From positions 44,766-108,765 of the forward strand of contig CAWFBR010000004.1 in assembly GCA_963814125.1 (NCBI GenBank): a stretch of DNA of 64,000 nucleotides. The letters are read 5' to 3'. This document shows positions 31,171 to 42,053 of this stretch, one piece after another. The number at the start of each line of letters is the position of its first letter. Position 1 is the stretch's first letter. The position numbers and the translations under genes were made by a program. The notes beneath the pieces are model-generated. The model was not told where the DNA came from, did no database searches, and saw nothing but the letters and a program-made list of their open reading frames with translations. This DNA comes from an uncultured Chloroflexia bacterium. Its GTDB lineage: Bacteria; Chloroflexota; Limnocylindria; Limnocylindrales; CSP1-4.

Positions 31171-31788
31171 ATGCAGGCTTGGGGTGAGTCCCCGCAAGGT
31201 TTCGACCCTCTGGGACAGCCACTCGAGGCCGGTCCGCCAAAGCTGGAGACGATCGAACTCGTTGGCCCGCACCTTCGAGTCTCGGGAGCGATCTCCCTTC
31301 TCCGCTTCAGCCGACTCTCGGACCTGGTTAACCACACGAGCGGGTTCGTCAAGTTGACCGACGCCCGGCTGCTTCGTCGCAACGGCGAGCCGACGAACCT
31401 CATCGTGCCGGAGTTGATGGTCAACCAGGACGAGATCACCTTCATCGGCCAGACCCCGGAGGACGTTTCCACGGCACCGACGGGCAGCCAGCTGGGCGAG
31501 ATGGACCGACCGCTCATGGAGCGTGTCCGGCGCGAGCTGGTCATCTTCACGCCGGGGCACACGCTGACGGGCACGATCCACCTCTTCTCGGAAACGGATG
31601 TCGAGACGTTCGTGGATTCTCCGGATCCGAGGTTCGTCCCGATGGTGGATGTGACGGCGCGATCGCTGGCAGACCGGCGGGTCATCAGCCATTTCGGGCT
31701 GGTCCTGGTCAACCGGACGCAGATGACGGCGGCGTCGCTGCTCGAGAAGGCCGGCGGCGCCAACGAGACGGGCGTCTCGGTCGAGTAG
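31171..31788 (+). CDS. Hypothetical cytoplasmic protein made of two tandem homologous ~70-aa domains
   Basis: 205 aa, GGGGAGG SD. Repeat 1 LRVSGAISLLRFSRLSDLVNHTSGFVKLTDARLL..LMVNQDEITFI aligns with repeat 2 HTLTGTIHLFSETDVETFVDSPDPRFVPMVDVTAR..VLVNRTQMTAA. Confidence 0.6.
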   Translation: MQAWGESPQGFDPLGQPLEAGPPKLETIELVGPHLRVSGAISLLRFSRLSDLVNHTSGFVKLTDARLLRRNGEPTNLIVPELMVNQDEITFIGQTPEDVSTAPTGSQLGEMDRPLMERVRRELVIFTPGHTLTGTIHLFSETDVETFVDSPDPRFVPMVDVTARSLADRRVISHFGLVLVNRTQMTAASLLEKAGGANETGVSVE

Positions 31789-31989
31789 TGCGGCTGCTCC
31801 TGGAAGTGCGACAAGGGCGGTGCTGAAGGGGCCCCGCGGGGAGCGAGCTAGAAGCCGGAAGGAGCGTTGGCAGGATCGCCCGCCGACACAGCGCGCGGGA
31901 GCGCGCTCCAGAGGCGGGGAGCATGCCGACCTCCGTACGGCTGATCAACGGAACTGCGTGAACTCCCCGGAGAACCTGCCACGAATCGA

Positions 31990-32015
31990 AAGAGCCGGCC
32001 AGTGGACCGGCTCTT
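31990..32015. terminator. Hairpin terminator downstream of eno (potentially bidirectional)
   Basis: AAGAGCCGG-ccagtgga-CCGGCTCTT: perfect 9-bp stem, flanked by TTT on the minus strand and GTGTTT on the plus strand, 17 nt after the eno stop. Confidence 0.7.
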
Positions 32016-32032
32016 CGTGTTTGCGCGGGTTG

Positions 32033-34566
<2,534 letters not shown>

Positions 34567-34657
34567 CGTGACCTCGGGCGACCGGCCGGGAGGCCGGTCG
34601 CCTAGGCGGAAAGGCCCAGCCCGGCCTTTCCGCGGCTGCCTGATACCCGGCTGGGTG

Positions 34658-35671
34658 CTAGAGACGCTCGGCGATGAACTTGGTCAGGTCGGCGACGCGG
34701 CAGCTGTAGCCCCACTCGTTGTCGTACCAGGCCAGAACCTTGACGAACTTGCCACTGCCGCCGACGACCATCGTGAGAGCGGAGTCGACGATGGACGAGC
34801 GGGCGTCCCCGCGGAAGTCGACCGAGACGAGCGGCTCGTCGGAGACGCCGAGGATGCCCTTCATCGGGCCAGCGGCCGCCTTCCGGAAGGCGTCGTTGAT
34901 CGAAGCCGCGGACGTCTCGTCTCGCAGCTCGACGGCGAAGTCGACGATGCTCACGGTCGGGGTCGGAACGCGAAGGCTGAAGCCGTCCACCTTGCCCTTC
35001 AGCTCGGGAATGACGAGCGCCAGGGCTCGAGCGGCGCCGGTCGTCGTCGGGATCAGGTTCAGGCCGGCCGAGCGGGCGCGGCGCGGATCCTTGTGGGCGA
35101 CGTCCAGAATGCGCTGGTCGTTGGTGTAGCTGTGGATCGTGTTCATCAGGCCCTTTTCGACACCGAACGTATCGTTCAGGACCTTGGCGACCGGCGCCAG
35201 GCAGTTGGTCGTGCAGCTGGCGTTGCTGATGATCACGTGCTTGGCCGAATCGTAAGTGCCCTCGTTTACGCCCAGGACGATCGTTACGTCCTCACCTTTG
35301 GCCGGGGCACTGATGAGCACCTTCTTGGCGCCGGCGGCGATATGGGCGCGAGCCTTCTCCGCCTCGGTGAAGCGGCCGGTCGACTCGATCACGATGTCCA
35401 CGCCCAGATCCTTCCAAGGGAGCTGGGAGGGGTCGCTCACCTGGAGGACCTTGACCGCCTTGCCGTTGATGACGATCGAGTCTTCGGTGTGCGTAACGGT
35501 GCCGGCGAAGTTGCCGTAGGTCGAATCGTGAGCGAAGAGGAGCGCGTTGGTCGGGACGTCGACGATGTCGTTGACGGCGACGACCTCGAGCTCGGGAGCA
35601 CGCTCGAGGATGGCCTTCAGCGACTGGCGACCGATACGACCGAAACCGTTGATACCGACACGAACTGTCAT
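34658..35671 (-). CDS. gap: Type I glyceraldehyde-3-phosphate dehydrogenase
   Basis: 337 aa, GGAGGA SD: [32 protein letters not shown]. Confidence 0.97.
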   Translation of the reverse strand: MTVRVGINGFGRIGRQSLKAILERAPELEVVAVNDIVDVPTNALLFAHDSTYGNFAGTVTHTEDSIVINGKAVKVLQVSDPSQLPWKDLGVDIVIESTGRFTEAEKARAHIAAGAKKVLISAPAKGEDVTIVLGVNEGTYDSAKHVIISNASCTTNCLAPVAKVLNDTFGVEKGLMNTIHSYTNDQRILDVAHKDPRRARSAGLNLIPTTTGAARALALVIPELKGKVDGFSLRVPTPTVSIVDFAVELRDETSAASINDAFRKAAAGPMKGILGVSDEPLVSVDFRGDARSSIVDSALTMVVGGSGKFVKVLAWYDNEWGYSCRVADLTKFIAERL

Positions 35672-35705
35672 GTTCTTCCTCCAGGGGAAAGATGCCGCGC
35701 TCGGG

Positions 35706-36785
35706 TCAACCGGAGTGCGCGGAGGTTGGGGTTGCCCGACCGCCGCGCCAGGCCGGGTCGCCGAGACGCGCGATCACGAGTGAATGAGCCCCTGCCAGGC
35801 CGACGTCCGCACCCAACTCGGCGGGGACTATCTGAACCCGGCTGCGGGGAGTCCGAAAGGCGGTGGCCGCGACCTCGGCCCGGGCCGGCCCGAGGAGTCG
35901 CTCGCCCTGCGCATCCGCGATCGCGCCACCGACGACGATCCGGGTTGGGTTCAGCGAGTCGACGAAGCCAACGCATGCGATTGCGAAGGCGCGCCGGCCA
36001 CGCTCCATGATTTCGCGGCAGGCCTCGTCGCCGGCGTCCTCGCCGGCTGCGATGTCGCTTGCCTCGATGGCGTCGATCCCCTTCTGAGCCGCGAGGGCCG
36101 TCAGGAACGGGCTTTTGCCCTCGGCCAGTACCCGGCGAGCGGTCTTTGCCATGGCGGCGCCGCCGAGGAACGCCTCGAGGTGGCCCACGGCGCCGCAGCC
36201 GCAAACCTCTTCCATTGCCACGGGCGTGTGGCCCAGCTCGCCCGCGGTTCCGTCCGGTCCCTGGAAGATGCGGCCGTTGGAGATGATGGCGCCCCCGACA
36301 CCGGTCGAGACGGTCAGATAGACGAAGTCGGGGCACCCGCGGGCCGCCCCAAAGGCCATCTCGCCCAGGGCGGCGACGTTGGTGTCGCGCTCCAGCAAGG
36401 CCGGGAGGCCCAGGGCCGCCTCGAGATGTGCCGCGATCGGCACGTCGTGGAAATCCGGGCCCAGGTTCGGCGGCTGGACGACCACCCCTCGCCAGGGGTC
36501 TACCGGACCCGGGGTGGAGATCCCAATGCCGATGACAGCCTCCCGGATCTCGGAGGGCGTCTGCTCCAGGGCGCCACGCAGCGCGGCTTCGCAGGCGTCC
36601 AGGATCGCCGGCGGGCCGTCGGCCACCGGTGTTCTGTTCCTGACCTGGGCGATTCGGGTTCCATCGTCAACGACGACGGCACCGCGAATGTGCGTGCCGC
36701 CGAGGTCGAGCGCGAGGACGGGCCGGGCTGACAGCGGAAAACCTCGTCGGTTCGTATTTGATGGGATGCCCGTCAATTCTAGCAA
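35706..36785 (-). CDS. ROK family sugar kinase (probable glucokinase)
   Basis: [18 protein letters not shown] signature with [15 protein letters not shown]. The TTG start at 36785 is uncertain; the true start may be ~20 codons downstream. Confidence 0.8.
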   Translation of the reverse strand: MLELTGIPSNTNRRGFPLSARPVLALDLGGTHIRGAVVVDDGTRIAQVRNRTPVADGPPAILDACEAALRGALEQTPSEIREAVIGIGISTPGPVDPWRGVVVQPPNLGPDFHDVPIAAHLEAALGLPALLERDTNVAALGEMAFGAARGCPDFVYLTVSTGVGGAIISNGRIFQGPDGTAGELGHTPVAMEEVCGCGAVGHLEAFLGGAAMAKTARRVLAEGKSPFLTALAAQKGIDAIEASDIAAGEDAGDEACREIMERGRRAFAIACVGFVDSLNPTRIVVGGAIADAQGERLLGPARAEVAATAFRTPRSRVQIVPAELGADVGLAGAHSLVIARLGDPAWRGGRATPTSAHSG

Positions 36786-36945
36786 AGGGGTTTCAGGCGC
36801 CCACGGTGCCGCTCGGCCCGTTCGGGCTGGCTGCTCCGGCCCGGGAAGAGGTGACCGCCCTCACCCATGGGCGGGCGGTTCGGGCCGGTGGCCTCTCAGG
36901 AATCGAGTCCTGGAGCGGCCCGGGCCGATTCACCCGGCAAATGCC

Positions 36946-36972
36946 GCGACCCCCGCCGAGGGCGGGGGTCGC
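36946..36972 (-). terminator. Strong GC hairpin after the DUF5679-like gene
   Basis: GCGACCCCCGCC-gag-GGCGGGGGTCGC: perfect 12-bp stem, 24 nt after the stop. Only a weak T tract follows. Confidence 0.6.
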
Positions 36973-36995
36973 AACTGACGATCTAGAGCAGACGA

Positions 36996-37136
36996 TCAGG
37001 CGCCGATCCGGAAAACCTTGCCGCCGCAGATCGGGCAGGTGCCCTGAGTCGCGGGCTTGCCGTTCTTCATCGTGGTCTTGACGGGGTTCTTGATCTCGAC
37101 CTTCTTCTTGTCCTTGACGCAATAGCCTTCGGTCAT
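36996..37136 (-). CDS. Small zinc-ribbon-like protein (DUF5679-like, 46 aa)
   Basis: ATG 37136 preceded by GGGAGG. MTEGYCVKDKKKVEIKNPVKTTMKNGKPATQGTCPICGGKVFRIGA. Confidence 0.7.
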   Translation of the reverse strand: MTEGYCVKDKKKVEIKNPVKTTMKNGKPATQGTCPICGGKVFRIGA

Positions 37137-37430
37137 GGTTCGTAGCCTCCCATTGATCGAACGGGACGCGGACGCCCCGGACATAGCGGTCGCGCCGATT
37201 CAGGCAAGGGCGCCTGAAGGCGATGATACAGAGACTGCCTGGTGCGGTCGGATCCGGCCGATGCCGAGATCCGTGCTGCCGGGTTGCTTGAGGGCAACTC
37301 CGGGATCCGCGTTTGGCAATACCAAATCCCCATTCATGGTGCACAAAGCTGAGCACCTAGCCGGAGCATAGACGGCTCCAAAGTTGAGCGTCAAGCACGA
37401 CGAAACCGAACATGCGAGTCGAATGCGACC

Positions 37431-40400
37431 TCATCGGTGCCTCAAGGCCTCCTCGAGAGTCGCCTCCGAGGGCACGTCGACCCCCTCTCGTCTGCGCCGA
37501 CGGACCTTGCCGCACAGTCGAGAGGGCATTGCCAGCCGGAGCGTCGGCCGCTTGAGGCTGCGATTCCACGCCCAGAGGCGAGGCAGCCCCGCCTTGCTCC
37601 GGGCTGCCGCGAGGAGGCGCCGCCCTGGCGTTTCGGTGCACCAGCCGGCACGTCTGGCCACCGCCAGGACCACGACCATCGCCGCCAGCAGCATCAGCGC
37701 GATCGCCCCGACAATCCCGGGCGCCGCGGCGCCCATGCTCGAATCGCCGTGTATCGATGCCGCTCCGGCAACGCCGCGCACGTCCGGGGAGTCCGCGGTT
37801 CGCAGGTCGATCGCCGGTTCGATGACCGCTTCGCCGTCGCTTCCGTCTCCGGGCAGCGTGACCATCGACATCGGGTCTACCGCGATCATCAGCCCGGCAT
37901 TGTCCCGCACCACCATTCCACAGACCTCGATCGCGTCTCCGGGCTCCAGCAGGGCGATCTCCTCCGTCGCCAGGGACCCGCCGATGCGGACGTGGCCCGT
38001 GCCGTCGTCGACCGTGGCCTGCACGCCGTCCGAGTCCGCCACCAGGCCCGAGACGGTCACTCTCTCGCCGATGTGGTCGGCCAGCGCCGCGATGTCGACG
38101 CGTGGTGCCGCGGCGGCAGGCGTAGCAGAACCGGAAGATCCAGCGGCAGGGGAGCCGGCCACGGCGGCGCTCAGCGCGGATAGCGCCTCCGGTGCGGGCC
38201 CAAGGCGAACGTCGAGAGGCGACCGCGGCAGCAACTGGAACGCCGACGAGTCTGACGTGGAGCGGCGTACGACGCCTGTGACGACCGCCATGCGGCCGGC
38301 CGTCATGCTGGTCGCGGAGATGCCCGCCGCCGGCTCGCCCAGAACGACGACGCGCTGGCCGTCGACGAGCAAATCGACTCTCCAGCGCGAGCCCGCCCTG
38401 GTGAGTCGGTCGATGCGGCCACACACTCGCACGAGCCGCCACTCGAGGCTCGGACCAAGCGCGCCCGTGACCCCGACCGGCTGCGTGGCCTGCAGTTCAG
38501 CCTCGAGCAGGATCTGCGAGGCGACTACCGTCGGCCCACCTTCCCAGCGGCCGACGCGACCGGTGACGTGGACGCGCGAACCGACACGGGGGCCGGCGGC
38601 GGCGGACGGCAGGATGACGGCCACCGCGGCGGTCCCGTCATCGACCGTGATGGTCGGGCCGCCGAGGTCGAACAGGCCGGCCGGGGCCGTGACCGTGGCA
38701 TGTACGTCGACGAGGCTGAGGCGAACGCCGAGCGCGGAAGCAAGGTCGTGTCGGACCGCCGTCCCGGACGGCGCCGGCGATGAGTCGCCTGACCGCGCGC
38801 CATCGGGCACCGCGATCAGATCCGCCCGGCTCCGCAGCCAGAGACGATATCCGTCCAATCGTCCTGTGGCGGAAGCTCGCTGGCCGACAACTCCCGCCAG
38901 CTCGACGAGGTCACCGCGTGTCACGTCCGTGCGCGTCAGGCCGGTCGATGGGTCGGCCAGCACACGCACGGAGACGTTGCCATCACCCACGGCCAGAGTC
39001 AGTCTCCCCGAATCCGTGGTCACAGAGTCGACGGTTCCGCGAATCGTTACCAGCGAGCCCTCGGTCGACTCGCCGATCTCGGATAAGCCGACGTCGATCG
39101 GCGCCGGATCCTCATCCCTCGATCCGAGCGACAGCCATTGCAGCTCGCGGACCTCGAGCTGGCCATATGGCGCGGCGAGGACGCCCACGAGCTCGAGCGA
39201 ACGGCCCGGCTCCAGGCCGTCGATCTGTCCCGCGAGACGGGCGAAGATCCCGCCGGACGAGTCCTCGAGGGCCAGCAGTCCCGTCGTTCCGGCGACGCCC
39301 GGCGAGGCGGTGACGACGCCGGCAAGGTGAACGTCGGTGCCCGCAGGCTGGGTTCGTGCCATCGCGATCGACTCCAGGTCCACTTCGGGCTCGGTGGGCG
39401 AGAGTTCGGACGGAGAAGGGCCGGCCGAGGGCGAAGGCGAAGGACCCGCCAGGGCGACGATAGACCCTGGTTCGGTGACCTCTACCCGATAGCCGGCCGA
39501 AGCACCCGAGGCATGCTGGCCGAGCGGACCTGCGACCAGGACCTGCATCCCCTTCGCGATTGCCAGGCCACCAACGGCCGACGGCGCGGCCACTACTCGA
39601 AGAGGCCCGGACCCGTCGTCTATCCAGATGCCCAGCCCGTCCACGAGCGAATTGGGCGAACTGGTGACGGATCCCCAGGCGGAGACCACGATCCCCTCGT
39701 CGGCCTCACCCGCGCCGCCGGTAGCGCGCTGGCCCGGCTCTGGCAGTGCGGCTTCGCCAAGCGCCACCAAGCCCTCCTCGTCCACGCGAATGGTCCGCTG
39801 GCCGTATCGATCATCGACCGCTCCGGCGACGCGGACCCACGTCCCGGCCGGCAGCGGCACTCTGGGAGTCTCCTGCAGGTAGACCGCGATGCCGCCGGTC
39901 GAATCCTGCACGAAGCCGCCCCGGCCGCTCTCGAGAGCCGCCAGCCTGGTGGTGAGCACTCCCTCGACCGTCACGGCGGCGCCATCCTCACGGGCACGGG
40001 CATCGGCGATGGCACAGATAGGTGAAGTGGGCCCGGGGACGATGGAGGGGCCGGCGGTCTCAGGTGCCGGGGACGACGACGTCGCGGGCGTCGTGGTTGC
40101 CGTGGCAGTGGGTGTGGCCGTGGCGGTGGCCGTGGCGGTGGCCGTGGCCGGAGGCTCGGTCGGCGTGGAGGCCGCGGACGGTTCTGGGGTCACGGTCGAT
40201 CCGGGCGGGGACGTGCCGTCCGCGTCCGACGGCGTGTCCGCAGCGGTGGGCGTCGACCCAGCCGGTTCCGACTCGCTCGCGGTCTCCGGCGCTTCCGAGG
40301 CACGGGGCCTGGGAGACGACGCCAGCGACTGGATAATCGGGCTCGGCTGCACGAACCAGTCCGCTCCATTGTCGTTGGTGTCCAGCCAGTTGCCGTCGGC

Positions 40401-40925
40401 ACCGCCGGGCCGGCGCTCGATGCTCGACCCGGCCGGGGGAGCGGGCGCGACCGAGCCTTCGACGAACGAGTTAGTCGCGGTTCCCCAGCCGACGGCATCG
40501 ACGACCGACCCACCGATATGCCTCAGGGCCAGCGCCCCTCCGTCCGCGGCGATGCCACTCGAGTACGTCACGTCCGCAAGCGGCCCGTATATGCCCGCAC
40601 CGTTGGCCAGGAGCAGGTGCCGTCCGGGCGACAGCGGCAGAGTCGCGGCGAAGCTGGCCTTGCGCGTCACGGTCGCCCCGGAGGCGGTGACGTAGATCAG
40701 CTCCAGGCCGTCCAGATCCACCGTATCCCAGCCTGCGTTGGCGATCTCGATGTACTCGTCCGAGGCCGAGGCGCCCCCGGCTACGACCTCCGCCAGGACG
40801 AGCCCCGTCGAAGGCGGCCACGAGACGGGCGTCAGCGCATAGCCGGGGGCGACCGTCGCGGCCAGGGACGCGACGCAGACCAGGAACGACACGAAACTGA
40901 CGAAGACCCCGCGCGGAGCTGGCAT
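37431..40925 (-). CDS. Large cell-surface protein: signal peptide, lamin-tail domain, multiple OB-fold-like repeats, C-terminal TM anchor
   Basis: 1164 aa. N-terminal signal FVSFLVCVASLAATVAPGYA. LTD motif LAEVVAGGASASDEYIEIAN..LDGLELIY. Thr/Ala/Pro linker (ATATATATATPTATATTT). Recurring modules such as VTVEGVLTT..GGFVQDSTGGIAVYL and VHLAGVVTA..LALEDSSGGIFARL. C-terminal helix IVGAIALMLLAAMVVVLAV. No nuclease domain recognised. Confidence 0.7.
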   Translation of the reverse strand: MPAPRGVFVSFVSFLVCVASLAATVAPGYALTPVSWPPSTGLVLAEVVAGGASASDEYIEIANAGWDTVDLDGLELIYVTASGATVTRKASFAATLPLSPGRHLLLANGAGIYGPLADVTYSSGIAADGGALALRHIGGSVVDAVGWGTATNSFVEGSVAPAPPAGSSIERRPGGADGNWLDTNDNGADWFVQPSPIIQSLASSPRPRASEAPETASESEPAGSTPTAADTPSDADGTSPPGSTVTPEPSAASTPTEPPATATATATATATPTATATTTPATSSSPAPETAGPSIVPGPTSPICAIADARAREDGAAVTVEGVLTTRLAALESGRGGFVQDSTGGIAVYLQETPRVPLPAGTWVRVAGAVDDRYGQRTIRVDEEGLVALGEAALPEPGQRATGGAGEADEGIVVSAWGSVTSSPNSLVDGLGIWIDDGSGPLRVVAAPSAVGGLAIAKGMQVLVAGPLGQHASGASAGYRVEVTEPGSIVALAGPSPSPSAGPSPSELSPTEPEVDLESIAMARTQPAGTDVHLAGVVTASPGVAGTTGLLALEDSSGGIFARLAGQIDGLEPGRSLELVGVLAAPYGQLEVRELQWLSLGSRDEDPAPIDVGLSEIGESTEGSLVTIRGTVDSVTTDSGRLTLAVGDGNVSVRVLADPSTGLTRTDVTRGDLVELAGVVGQRASATGRLDGYRLWLRSRADLIAVPDGARSGDSSPAPSGTAVRHDLASALGVRLSLVDVHATVTAPAGLFDLGGPTITVDDGTAAVAVILPSAAAGPRVGSRVHVTGRVGRWEGGPTVVASQILLEAELQATQPVGVTGALGPSLEWRLVRVCGRIDRLTRAGSRWRVDLLVDGQRVVVLGEPAAGISATSMTAGRMAVVTGVVRRSTSDSSAFQLLPRSPLDVRLGPAPEALSALSAAVAGSPAAGSSGSATPAAAAPRVDIAALADHIGERVTVSGLVADSDGVQATVDDGTGHVRIGGSLATEEIALLEPGDAIEVCGMVVRDNAGLMIAVDPMSMVTLPGDGSDGEAVIEPAIDLRTADSPDVRGVAGAASIHGDSSMGAAAPGIVGAIALMLLAAMVVVLAVARRAGWCTETPGRRLLAAARSKAGLPRLWAWNRSLKRPTLRLAMPSRLCGKVRRRRREGVDVPSEATLEEALRHR

Positions 40926-41215
40926 TCGGACACCTCGGCCTGTCCGGCGGGAGTGGGCGGGAGAGTTCTAGCAGGTGGCGCTTGGCGCGGCCTTACCTGG
41001 CGCTTATGCGGCCCTTATCGCGACCTTGCCTGGGCCTGTCCGGGCCTCATCCACGCGGTTTGGCGGGCGCCGGCCACGCCGTCCGGAGCCCACCCCGGCG
41101 CCATGACGTGGCACCGGCCTGTGGCGGCGGACGCCATCGACTAACATTTCGACCGCACCGGTCCTCAACCCAGGGCCGCCCCAGCGTACCTACGAGAGCG
41201 ACCGGAGGAGACGAC

Positions 41216-41965
41216 GTGGCCCGCTCCAAGAGAACGGATCGAGCTGAGGCGCGTCGGCAGTACCGCGCCTATCTGGCGACGCAGGCCGAAGCTCAGGCCG
41301 AGGACGAAGTCGATGAGACGGAGGCTCCGATCGATAGCCGAGGCGCCTCCGCGCGGCCGACTCGAGCCCGAGAGCTGGACGGCGGGCCCAAGCCGGACGA
41401 ACGGCTTGGAATGATGGGTGCGCTCAGGGCGTCCTTCCGAACCCCCCATTACGTGGACGACCTGCGGAATATCGGTCCGCTGGTTTTCCGGAGCCACGCC
41501 ATCTGGCCGTCTGTCGCGATGTGCCTCATCGCGGCGGCGATCGCCTACCCTCGCATCAACTCGAACACGGTCGTCGCGGACGACCCGATCCTGTCGGTGA
41601 TCTTCCAGTTCATCCTGTACCCCCTCCCGCTCCTGCCACCGATGACGGCCGGCTTCCTCGCGCCGCGGTCGACATGGCTCGCGGGCCTCATCTCGGCGCT
41701 GATCTCCACTGTGACTCTCATCGCCCTCGTGGTGGCCACGCAGTTCAAGATCGAAGGCAGCACCGCATCGATCACGAGCTCCAACGTGGTCTCGATAACC
41801 TTCAGCTGGCTCTCGGTGGCGCTGCCTTTCGGAGCCCTGATCGGCGCCGCCTCGGGCTGGTACAAGCGGTTCCTGGATCGCATGGGAGCGGGTCGATCGC
41901 GCGGGCAGTCGAAATCGTCGAGCCAGAAGCGGCCTGTTCGTCGAGGCCAATCCACCCGCCGATAG
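41216..41965 (+). CDS. Hypothetical membrane protein with basic/acidic N-terminal region
   Basis: GTG 41216 preceded by GGAGGAG, within ORF 40982..41965. About 5 hydrophobic helices and a basic C-tail. No known motif. Confidence 0.55.
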   Translation: MARSKRTDRAEARRQYRAYLATQAEAQAEDEVDETEAPIDSRGASARPTRARELDGGPKPDERLGMMGALRASFRTPHYVDDLRNIGPLVFRSHAIWPSVAMCLIAAAIAYPRINSNTVVADDPILSVIFQFILYPLPLLPPMTAGFLAPRSTWLAGLISALISTVTLIALVVATQFKIEGSTASITSSNVVSITFSWLSVALPFGALIGAASGWYKRFLDRMGAGRSRGQSKSSSQKRPVRRGQSTRR

Positions 41966-42053
41966 CCTCGCGACGGGCGCCGAGCGGGCCGCGCAGCCGG
42001 GTCCCCGGCCGGCGCCCAGGCGTGTCGAGCCCAGGGTCAGTGCTTGGAGTCAT

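Noticed and set aside
31800-31985. SRP (4.5S)-like RNA, suggested by GCCGGAAGGAGCG and nearby GC hairpins
   Set aside because: The flanks of the GGAA loop do not form the conserved domain IV helix, and the AGCA-type loop is not matched. It is treated as a GC-rich 3' UTR plus the eno terminator.
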